A stretch of DNA of 15,407 bases from an uncultured Methanosarcinales archaeon. GTDB lineage: Archaea; Nanobdellota; Nanobdellia; Woesearchaeales; JAGVZT01. Numbering within the stretch: position 1 is the stretch's first letter; every line of letters starts with the position of its first letter. The notes below the pieces were generated by a model, which was given only the letters and a program-made list of their open reading frames with translations, searched no databases and had not been told where the DNA came from. This document shows, piece after piece, positions 1-6,769 of this stretch. The position numbers and the translations under genes are program-made. The stretch covers positions 1 through 15,407 of the forward strand of contig CAYQPU010000006.1 in the NCBI GenBank assembly GCA_964419615.1, read 5' to 3'.

Positions 1-1204
1 TAAGAGAAAACAATTCTTGAAGATCCTGCATGTCTGACAAGTTCTTAAGCAAGCTTGATTTGCTTTGAGCTATTTTTCTTTTAATTAATGGGATTATTTT
101 TGCTGAGTTTTTTAAAGCAACTAAGTCTCGAGCATTGCAATTACCAAAATTAATTCTTGAGATTAGTCTTTCAACATCATTGATTTTAACCAAAAGACTT
201 TGAAGGTCCTTTCTTATGATTGTTTGATTAATGAGAATCTCTACTGCTTCTAATCTCAAATTTATTTTGCTTAAATTTAACAAAGGATGCAGCAACCATT
301 TTTTTATTAGCCGAGAGCCCATTGGAGTTTTTGTTTTGTCAATCACCCAAAGTAAAGTTTCTTTTTTTTCACCTCTTATGTTTTTTATAAGTTCCAGGTT
401 TTTTATTGTTGTGTCATCTAACATTAAGTAGTCTGTTTGTGAAATTGCTTTTACTTTGTTTATGTAGCTTAGAGCTGTTTTTTGTGTTTCTTTAAGATAT
501 TGTAAAAGTCCGCCTGCTGCACTGATTGCTAATGGCTGAGTTAGACCATAACCTTGCAGAGTTTGAACACTGAGTTGTTTCTTGAGCAATGCTGTACTTT
601 TTTCCAAGTTAAATGCTGAATCAGGGTATGTTTCAAGAAATGTTATTTCTTTGAGTTTATTTTTTAGTTGGGTATTTACACATAATGATTCTGGTATGAT
701 TATTTCTGAAGGATTGTATATTGATATAAAATCAAAAAGATTTTGTGTGGTTGATGTTAAGAATTCTCCAGTTGAAATATCCACAAGAGCCAAACCATAT
801 TCTTCTCCTTTGCAGTATATGCTGAGAATGTAATTGTTAGATGTTGATTCAAGAGCAGTGCTTTCCATTACTGTGCCTGGTGAGATTACTCTGACAACTG
901 CTCGCTTTACAACTCCTTTTGTTAATTTTGGATCTTCCATTTGATTGCAGATTGCCAATTTATAGTTATTTTTTACGAATTTTGCAATGTATGGTTCTGC
1001 TGATCTGATTGGGATTCCTGCAAGTGGAATTTTTGTATCTCTAAGTGCTCTTTTGGTTAGTGTAATTTCCAAAACCTCAGATGCAATTACAGCATCTTCG
1101 TAAAACATTTCATAGAAATCGCCTAGTTGGAATAATAATATACAGTCTTTGTATTTTTCTTTGATTTCTGCATACTGCTGCATAGCTGGTGTTTTATTTA
1201 CCAT
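1..1204 (-). CDS. mutS: DNA mismatch repair protein MutS (MutS1), N-terminal ~401 codons, truncated at window edge
   Basis: Not in the ORF track because it runs off the edge; both ends translated by hand, middle not checked codon by codon. N-terminus MVNKTPAMQQYAEIKEKYKDCILLFQLGDFYEMFYEDA carries the Phe-X-Glu mismatch motif. Also KRAVVRVISPGT and the core TLLWVIDKTKTPMGSRLIKKWLLHPL...DVERLISRI...NARDLVALKNS. SD-like GAGGGGAT just upstream of the ATG. Confidence 0.97.
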   Translation of the reverse strand, partial: MVNKTPAMQQYAEIKEKYKDCILLFQLGDFYEMFYEDAVIASEVLEITLTKRALRDTKIPLAGIPIRSAEPYIAKFVKNNYKLAICNQMEDPKLTKGVVKRAVVRVISPGTVMESTALESTSNNYILSIYCKGEEYGLALVDISTGEFLTSTTQNLFDFISIYNPSEIIIPESLCVNTQLKNKLKEITFLETYPDSAFNLEKSTALLKKQLSVQTLQGYGLTQPLAISAAGGLLQYLKETQKTALSYINKVKAISQTDYLMLDDTTIKNLELIKNIRGEKKETLLWVIDKTKTPMGSRLIKKWLLHPLLNLSKINLRLEAVEILINQTIIRKDLQSLLVKINDVERLISRINFGNCNARDLVALKNSAKIIPLIKRKIAQSKSSLLKNLSDMQDLQELFSL

Positions 1205-1236
1205 TATCCCCTCAATAGGGAAGAGTTAAGAAAGAT

Positions 1237-1250
1237 ATTTATATGTTTTT
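1237..1250 (-). promoter_or_regulatory. Putative BRE/TATA of mutS
   Basis: Minus strand AAAAAC-ATATAAAT, 32 nt upstream of the ATG; matches archaeal BRE+TATA consensus. Confidence 0.45.
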
Positions 1251-1256
1251 AATGGT

Positions 1257-1811
1257 TTATAAAGGGCTGTTGTAAGCCTCTTCAAGAGCGTCACAGTATA
1301 TCATTGTTTCCCGATCAAATAATTGCAAATGTTCTTTATTTTGTTTATTGTCATAAACTAGACAAGCAACAATACCAATCATAAGTCCTAAGGTTCCACC
1401 TGTTGCGGGAAAACCAACAGCAGCTCCACCTCCCAAACCAATTAGAGTTGGGGTGAATATAGAGGCCAGATATGTTACCAGAGATTTTCCTTTTAATTTA
1501 GCAGCTTGCTTCTCTTCATAATTCTTCATCGCATTAATTACCATAGGAATGCCTTCCACAGCAGTTGTTAGCATAGATTCAAGCCTTTGGCTGCACTCAT
1601 TATCTGGACAGTCAATTCTTAACATATCTATGTGATGTCCAATTTCATCTTCAACAATCCTAACAAGTTCTTGATTTGCATTTTCAGGATTAACATAATT
1701 TTTTTTCTTAATGTTATATACATTAACTGGTTCAAGATAATCTAATATTGCTGCTGTGGCGTCTTCAGCAATATCATATACATCTCCTTGTGATAGTTTT
1801 TTGATCATCAT
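1257..1811 (-). CDS. Hypothetical protein with glycine-zipper hydrophobic hairpin (paralogue 1 of 3)
   Basis: 184 aa ORF. Helical acidic N-terminal region, then SIFTPTLIGLGGGAAVGFPATGGTLGLMIGIVACLVY, then a polar C-terminal helix. No signal peptide. TATA-like TATTTATA at 1834-1841. Start may be 1808. Confidence 0.85.
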   Translation of the reverse strand: MMIKKLSQGDVYDIAEDATAAILDYLEPVNVYNIKKKNYVNPENANQELVRIVEDEIGHHIDMLRIDCPDNECSQRLESMLTTAVEGIPMVINAMKNYEEKQAAKLKGKSLVTYLASIFTPTLIGLGGGAAVGFPATGGTLGLMIGIVACLVYDNKQNKEHLQLFDRETMIYCDALEEAYNSPL

Positions 1812-1857
1812 AATATAAGGTTACTATAAGAAGTATAAATATTTTACTACTTATTAA

Positions 1858-1870
1858 GAGAGAAAAAAGG
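1858..1870 (-). terminator. Possible oligo-T archaeal terminator after paralogue 2
   Basis: Minus strand CCTTTTTTCTCTC directly after the TAG at 1872-1874. Confidence 0.35.
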
Positions 1871-1871
1871 T

Positions 1872-2426
1872 CTAAGTATCAATATGATCGACATAAGCAT
1901 CTATCATTGGCGCCGCCATGTTACTCATTTCTTCTTTTATTTCATCTTTGTAATTGTCAATGTGACCTTCATTTGTCATAGCAAACAAGACAATGCTAAT
2001 GATTCCGCCAATTATTGTACCTACTCCATTTCCAGCAAAACCCAAATCAAAAGCAGCTCCTGCCACAATAGGTCCCAATCCGGTTATTGAATATTCTTTC
2101 CAATGCTCTTTATACCTATTTCTTATCCTATCTTCGTTTTTTAATTTGAATTTAATTAAATGATCTATGTACTCAATGCCAGCTTCTAGTGCTGCTTTGT
2201 ATCTTTGTATTGCTTCAGTTGGATAATCAATTTCAGCATCAAGTGTTCTGCTTAATCTAAATTCTAGGGATTTTGATATTACATTTTTCACATCATCCAC
2301 ATCATCGATGCCAAAATTAATTCTTCGATAGCTAAGCTGGACTACTTTTAAATAACCAGCAATATCTTTTTCCAAAATTGCATTAATATATGCACTTGCT
2401 TCTCCTGCTGTTGGTATGTCTCCCAT
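1872..2426 (-). CDS. Hypothetical protein with glycine-zipper hydrophobic hairpin (paralogue 2 of 3)
   Basis: 184 aa. HWKEYSITGLGPIVAGAAFDLGFAGNGVGTIIGGIISIVLFAM hairpin at the same position as in paralogue 1. TATA-like TTTTATAA at 2451-2458. Confidence 0.85.
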   Translation of the reverse strand: MGDIPTAGEASAYINAILEKDIAGYLKVVQLSYRRINFGIDDVDDVKNVISKSLEFRLSRTLDAEIDYPTEAIQRYKAALEAGIEYIDHLIKFKLKNEDRIRNRYKEHWKEYSITGLGPIVAGAAFDLGFAGNGVGTIIGGIISIVLFAMTNEGHIDNYKDEIKEEMSNMAAPMIDAYVDHIDT

Positions 2427-2500
2427 TATATTAAGAGGGAATTGAATTAATTATAAAAGGTTAACTACTATTTAGAAAGGAATTATTAAAAACCTAATTA

Positions 2501-3109
2501 CTAATATGAGAAGTCTTCCAACACTTTATCATAGATTTCAGTGGATAATTTGGCTAAACCACTCTTGAATCCTTGCGAATATATTTTTCTTAAGTTATCA
2601 TGCACAAAATGTAATGAAGATAAAGCACCACATGCTGTTCCAGATAATCCTGATTTAACTGCACCTAGAAAGTTGTGATCTGATGCTGAATAAAACATTG
2701 CTCCAAATATTAGGGAAACAACCCCAATGTGTATTGCATATTCTTTCCAGTGATTAGAAACTCTATGTTTAATATTCAACTCAGTCTGAGATCTTGCATC
2801 AAATATATCATCTATATAAACCACAGTCATTTTGGCAACTTCTTCTGGATCTGGCTGGATCTCGATTTCAGTCCTTCTTTCTTTAGGAGCATTTCCACTT
2901 CTTGTATAAAAATTAGCAAGAGCTTTTAACTGAAGTTCCATAAAGTTCATTTCTATTTGATGTTTAATATCGTTATAAGCACTAACTCTGTCTGTCCTTC
3001 CCTTCACATTTGTGAAGTTGTACATTTGAACGGTTTTAAATACACCTTTTAGTGTATCATCAATGACTTGTTTTACATTAATAGGATTAATCTTGTATAC
3101 ATTATCCAT
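2501..3109 (-). CDS. Hypothetical protein with hydrophobic hairpin (paralogue 3 of 3), 202 aa
   Basis: The ORF track starts at 3133, but TATA-like TTTTTAAT (3132-3139) lies 22 nt before the ATG at 3109 (MDNVYK), matching the spacing of the other two. Shares YID...E..I..R...HWKEY.I ungapped with paralogue 2. Confidence 0.85.
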   Translation of the reverse strand: MDNVYKINPINVKQVIDDTLKGVFKTVQMYNFTNVKGRTDRVSAYNDIKHQIEMNFMELQLKALANFYTRSGNAPKERRTEIEIQPDPEEVAKMTVVYIDDIFDARSQTELNIKHRVSNHWKEYAIHIGVVSLIFGAMFYSASDHNFLGAVKSGLSGTACGALSSLHFVHDNLRKIYSQGFKSGLAKLSTEIYDKVLEDFSY

Positions 3110-3177
3110 GCAAATAAAAAGAATTAGTTTCATTAAAAAAGTTTTCTAGAAAGATTATTAAATTGAATAATTAGTCA

Positions 3178-4410
3178 CTACTTGATTATACCATATCCAA
3201 TTAATCTAAATCTATTTGCTACTCTTCTTGAGATTGTGACCCTTGCATCCTTATCAGCACAAACTGGTCTTTTTAGTTCGATTTCTGCTTGGTTTTTTCC
3301 AATTTCAGATACTCTTCCAACTGTTGCGGCAGAGTTAACATTTAGCATTACCATTTCACCTAGTTTTAGGGGAATGACTTCTGTTTCTTCTTTTGTTCCA
3401 ACAACTCTTTCCAGAAGATGAACCTCAAGATTTAGTTTGTCCAAGGTCGGTGGAAGTTTGCCTTTTTCTCCTACAATTGATCCTACTAACTGATCAGATT
3501 TGACTATTGAAGGGTCAAGTTTTGTTTGCAGGCCAATGTTTCCACCAGGTAAGACTTCTTTTGCAGATTTTCCCCCAGTCATCAGGCTAACTATATCTGC
3601 TATTAATGGAATGTATTCTATTTTTCCATCTTTTTCAATTCTTCTTCCTGGCCTTATTTCAATTTCCTGTTTTACTTTTAATTTTCCTTCAACAACAACG
3701 CCACCTAACACACCACCACCCATTTTAAATGGATCACTTCCAGGTTTGTTTATGTCAAAGCTTCTTGCCACAAACATTAATGGATTCTTTTTAGCATCTC
3801 TTTTAGGAGTGGGAAATGTTTTTTCGATCATTTCAATTAGAACATCCACATTAACATTATGTTGGGCAGACACAGGGATTATTGGGGCATCTTCATAATC
3901 TGTCCCCTTAAGAAATCCTTTGATTTGATCATAATTTTTCATTGCTTGTTTTTCATCCACAAGATCAACTTTGTTTTGGATAACAATTATGTTTTTTAAT
4001 CCTGATATTTGTAGTGCCATGACATGTTCTCTGGTTTGTGGTTGAGGACATTTTTCATTAGCTGCGATTAATAGTAAACCTGCGTCCATGATTCTAGCTC
4101 CTGAAAGCATTGTTGCCATTAGACTTTCATGACCAGGCGCATCAACAAAGCTGACTTTTCTTAAGATCTTTGTTTCAACTTTATGTTCAGGGCACTTTTC
4201 TTCAACAGAGTATGCTTTTGAGCCTTTGCATTTTGGACATTTTCTAAAAACACCATCTGCATAACCCAATCTGATTGTTATTCCTCTTTTCATTTCTTCA
4301 GAATGAGTATCAGCCCATTTTCCAGTCAGGGCTTTGACTAATGTGGTTTTACCATGATCAACATGACCAATGGTTCCAATATTAATTACAGGTTGAGTGT
4401 TTTCAGCCAT
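3178..4410 (-). CDS. eif2g: Translation initiation factor 2 subunit gamma (aIF2-gamma)
   Basis: G1 GHVDHGKTT, EMKRGITIRLGY, zinc knuckle CPKC...CPEH, G3 DAPGHE, G4 QNKVD, G5 SAQH, C-terminal RFRLIGYGII. The ATG overlaps the rps6e TAA by 1 nt (TAATG). Confidence 0.98.
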   Translation of the reverse strand: MAENTQPVINIGTIGHVDHGKTTLVKALTGKWADTHSEEMKRGITIRLGYADGVFRKCPKCKGSKAYSVEEKCPEHKVETKILRKVSFVDAPGHESLMATMLSGARIMDAGLLLIAANEKCPQPQTREHVMALQISGLKNIIVIQNKVDLVDEKQAMKNYDQIKGFLKGTDYEDAPIIPVSAQHNVNVDVLIEMIEKTFPTPKRDAKKNPLMFVARSFDINKPGSDPFKMGGGVLGGVVVEGKLKVKQEIEIRPGRRIEKDGKIEYIPLIADIVSLMTGGKSAKEVLPGGNIGLQTKLDPSIVKSDQLVGSIVGEKGKLPPTLDKLNLEVHLLERVVGTKEETEVIPLKLGEMVMLNVNSAATVGRVSEIGKNQAEIELKRPVCADKDARVTISRRVANRFRLIGYGIIK

Positions 4411-5027
4411 TATTCTTTCTTTTCCTCTTTAGGTTTATCAGCAGGTGCCTCTTTCTTTGCTTCTACTTTAGGAGCTTTTTTCTCTACTTTCTCTTCTTTA
4501 GGCTTGTCTGCTTTTTTTGGCTCTTCTTTTTTTGGTTTCTCTTCCTTGACTGGTGCTTTTTCTTCTTTAGGTTTCTCCTTAGGTTTGTCAGGAGCTTTTT
4601 CTGCTTTTGGTTTTTCTTGTTTTGCAGGTTTATCAGCTTTTTCTTCTGCTCCTTCTTTTGGAGTCTCTTCTAGTTTAGCTTTGCCTTCTTTTAAAACTCT
4701 TAAATTAATTTGAGATATTTTAGTATGAATTGTGTTTCCACATACAGTTCTTCTTTTTCTAATCCCTCTTTTTGATTCTCTATTTCCAACGCCTTTGGTG
4801 ATTAGAATTTTTTTTCTACTAGAACCACTTACGTCTTTTCTCATTGGAAACCCACAATTATCTGAGCCACCAGTGATTTCAAGTTCATAGCCAGCAAGTC
4901 CAATTTTGCTTCCATCAACTTTATCGCCAATCTTTAGTCCAACTAAACTCTTTGCTTCCTGGTCTGATACGACCTTTTGCACTGTTTTTCCATCCTTTAG
5001 TCCGAGTATTATTTTAAAATTAACCAT
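4410..5027 (-). CDS. rps6e: Ribosomal protein S6e (eS6) with 86-aa Lys/Glu/Pro/Ala-rich C-terminal tail
   Basis: GYELEITGGSDNCGFPMRKDV and GIRKRRTVCGNTI...QINL are eS6 signatures. SD GGTGA 4 nt before the ATG. Conserved adjacency to eif2g. Confidence 0.97.
   Translation of the reverse strand: MVNFKIILGLKDGKTVQKVVSDQEAKSLVGLKIGDKVDGSKIGLAGYELEITGGSDNCGFPMRKDVSGSSRKKILITKGVGNRESKRGIRKRRTVCGNTIHTKISQINLRVLKEGKAKLEETPKEGAEEKADKPAKQEKPKAEKAPDKPKEKPKEEKAPVKEEKPKKEEPKKADKPKEEKVEKKAPKVEAKKEAPADKPKEEKKE
4413..4670 (-). repeat. Low-complexity coding repeat (ADKPKEEK/KPKEEK units) forming the eS6 tail
   Basis: The 86 residues use only E,T,P,K,G,A,D,Q,V. ADKPKEEK occurs twice and PDKPKEKPKEEK once. Confidence 0.85.
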
Positions 5028-5057
5028 GATTTCACCTATATATGAGGATTAAGGTTG

Positions 5058-5075
5058 TATTTAAATAGTTTTGGG
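5058..5075 (-). promoter_or_regulatory. BRE/TATA of the rps6e-eif2g operon
   Basis: Minus strand CCCAAAAC-TATTTAAATA, 30 nt upstream of the ATG, followed by SD GGTGA. Confidence 0.6.
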
Positions 5076-5184
5076 AAGGATGAATTACGAAAGTATTATT
5101 ATAGCTATTTATAACCTATTTATAGAATCTCTTGCATGTGTAATTAAACTATATCTCATGTTGGGAGATTTTTTTGATTTGAGA

Positions 5185-6129
5185 CTAGTTTTCCAATGCA
5201 ATTCTTAGTTCAGCCATATCTAGAATGAGTTCTGGAATCTGCAATAATCCACCAATTATAATAAGATCATGCTTTGAGAATTGATTGAGTTCTTTGAAGA
5301 AATCAATTCTTATGTCTTCCCTTGATTTAATAAACGCTTCAACCTTTTTCAGATCAAAACTGTAGAACAATTCATAGAATTGATCCATTACTTGGCTTAT
5401 CTGCTTTATTACTTCAACAGATTTTGGAGTCAAATGGAGTTTACTCTTAGTAATATACCTAGATGCATTTTTAATAAAATCCTCTATCTTGCTCAAGTAA
5501 AGTATAAGTGAGAAGTAGAATGAAGATTTCTTGTCATCATCGTGCCCAAATTTATTGAGTAATCTCAAACAAAAATTAATAAATTTTTTAATGTTTATAT
5601 GATGAAATTCAATTGTTTGCAAGACTTCAGAATCTTTATTCTTTATCCCTTTAATAAAAACGTTCATTTCCTCTTTAAGGAGCAAGAAAATTCTTCTTAA
5701 AACTGTATCAAATTCATCTTTTGATTCCTCTGTAATTTTTTTTATTGAAAAAGAAGTTGAAGTAGAACTGATTAGTTCTGATCCTATAAGCCTGTTAATT
5801 GTGTTATGAATAACATAGGAGACTGTTACATCACAATTTTTTCTGTGGTGAACGGACTTTATTTTATTTGTTTGAATATTTATAGTGTCATAACCAAACC
5901 TATAGAAAGCCTGAATTAAAAGAATTATGGAAGTTCGATCAAGATTACTTACATCAGAACTTACTGTCTCTTTGGCCCGGGTTGTTTGCAAATTTGAGAT
6001 TTTAAGATGGTCTCCATGATTTGTAACTTCAATTTCACTTCCCGCCTGTATACTCTGCTCATTTACCCATACTTTTGGTAAGGTTATTGTTAATGTGTTG
6101 TGGCCTTGTTTTATTACTTTTCTCTTCAT
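5185..6129 (-). CDS. AbrB/MazE-domain PhoU-family regulator (archaeal phosphate uptake regulator-like)
   Basis: N-terminal swapped-hairpin motif MKRKVIKQGHNTLTITLPKVWV...GSEIEV. Middle IILLIQAFYRFGYDTI...LIGSELIS. Helical PhoU-like repeats LRRIFLL, INIKKFINFCLRLLNK. TATA TTTATATA (6153-6160) 23 nt before the ATG. Confidence 0.85.
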   Translation of the reverse strand: MKRKVIKQGHNTLTITLPKVWVNEQSIQAGSEIEVTNHGDHLKISNLQTTRAKETVSSDVSNLDRTSIILLIQAFYRFGYDTINIQTNKIKSVHHRKNCDVTVSYVIHNTINRLIGSELISSTSTSFSIKKITEESKDEFDTVLRRIFLLLKEEMNVFIKGIKNKDSEVLQTIEFHHINIKKFINFCLRLLNKFGHDDDKKSSFYFSLILYLSKIEDFIKNASRYITKSKLHLTPKSVEVIKQISQVMDQFYELFYSFDLKKVEAFIKSREDIRIDFFKELNQFSKHDLIIIGGLLQIPELILDMAELRIALEN

Positions 6130-6145
6130 TTGACATAAGAATTAC

Positions 6146-6228
6146 GAACAAGTATATAAATTTTACGAAAAATATATTGAGATATTGAAAAATATATTCT
6201 ATATTGGGAAAGAATATATATCAATTGC
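6146..6228. promoter_or_regulatory. Divergent promoter region with four phased ~21-bp imperfect repeats
   Basis: Units start at 6146, 6167, 6187 and 6208 (GAACAAGTATATA, GAAAAATATATTG, GAAAAATATATTC, GAAAGAATATATA). The outer units contain the two divergent TATA-like boxes. Confidence 0.55.
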
Positions 6229-6247
6229 ATCCATAAAAAAGTTAATT

Positions 6248-6724
6248 ATGAACAAAAAGAAAATGCTCACTAAAAAAGATGCTTTGATTATGTCTTACTT
6301 GAGAAAAAATGCAAGAGAAAAAATAACAACTATTTCCAGAGAGACTGCCATCCCAGTTACAACAATTTATGACAGGGTAAGGGCACATGATAAAGAAATT
6401 GTATCCAAACATGTTTCTTTACTTGACTTTCAAAAGATGGGTTTTAATGCAAGGGCCAAAATCTCAATAAAAGTTAACAGAGATTCAAGAATTGATTTAC
6501 AGGAATTTTTGGTTAGCCACACTAATGTAAACTCATTATACAAAACAAATTATAAATCTGATTTTTTAGCAGATGTTGTTTTTAAAAACACAGAAGAACT
6601 GAGCAATTTTGTAGATAATCTTGAAACTAATTTTGATACTATCAGTATTCAGGTTTTCAGTATAATTAGTGAAATAAGGAAAGAAGAATTGTTCACAAGA
6701 CCAGATCATTGGGATTTGGTTTAG
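6248..6724 (+). CDS. Lrp/AsnC family transcriptional regulator (158 aa)
   Basis: HTH KDALIMSYLRKNAREKITTISRETAIPVTTIYDRV, linker LLDFQKMGF, RAM-like C-terminal domain. The ORF-track start at 6185 is TTG inside the promoter repeats; ATG 6248 (or 6263) is preferred. Confidence 0.9.
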   Translation: MNKKKMLTKKDALIMSYLRKNAREKITTISRETAIPVTTIYDRVRAHDKEIVSKHVSLLDFQKMGFNARAKISIKVNRDSRIDLQEFLVSHTNVNSLYKTNYKSDFLADVVFKNTEELSNFVDNLETNFDTISIQVFSIISEIRKEELFTRPDHWDLV

Positions 6725-6769
6725 AGGGTGTATGAAAATGAATTATGTTAGCGAGAGCTAAGGGGTAAA

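Noticed and set aside
231-833. Plus-strand ORFs 231..431 and 582..833
   Set aside because: Antisense shadows of mutS, with no recognisable motifs.
1884-2929. Plus-strand ORFs 1884..2090 and 2729..2929
   Set aside because: Short antisense ORFs over better-supported minus-strand genes.
3182-4713. Plus-strand ORFs 3182..3421, 3500..3898 and 4354..4713
   Set aside because: Antisense to eif2g and rps6e. The Phe/Ser/Leu-rich 119-aa ORF is simply the complement of the Lys/Glu tail.
6146-6228. Repeats read as a mini-CRISPR array
   Set aside because: Units are degenerate, contiguous and short, with no spacer-length unique sequences and no cas genes in the window.
6185-6247. Longer N-terminus for Lrp; likewise 3110-3133 for paralogue 3 and 10244-10258 for the methyltransferase
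   Set aside because: These upstream starts overlap TATA or SD elements; the downstream ATGs fit promoter or RBS spacing better.
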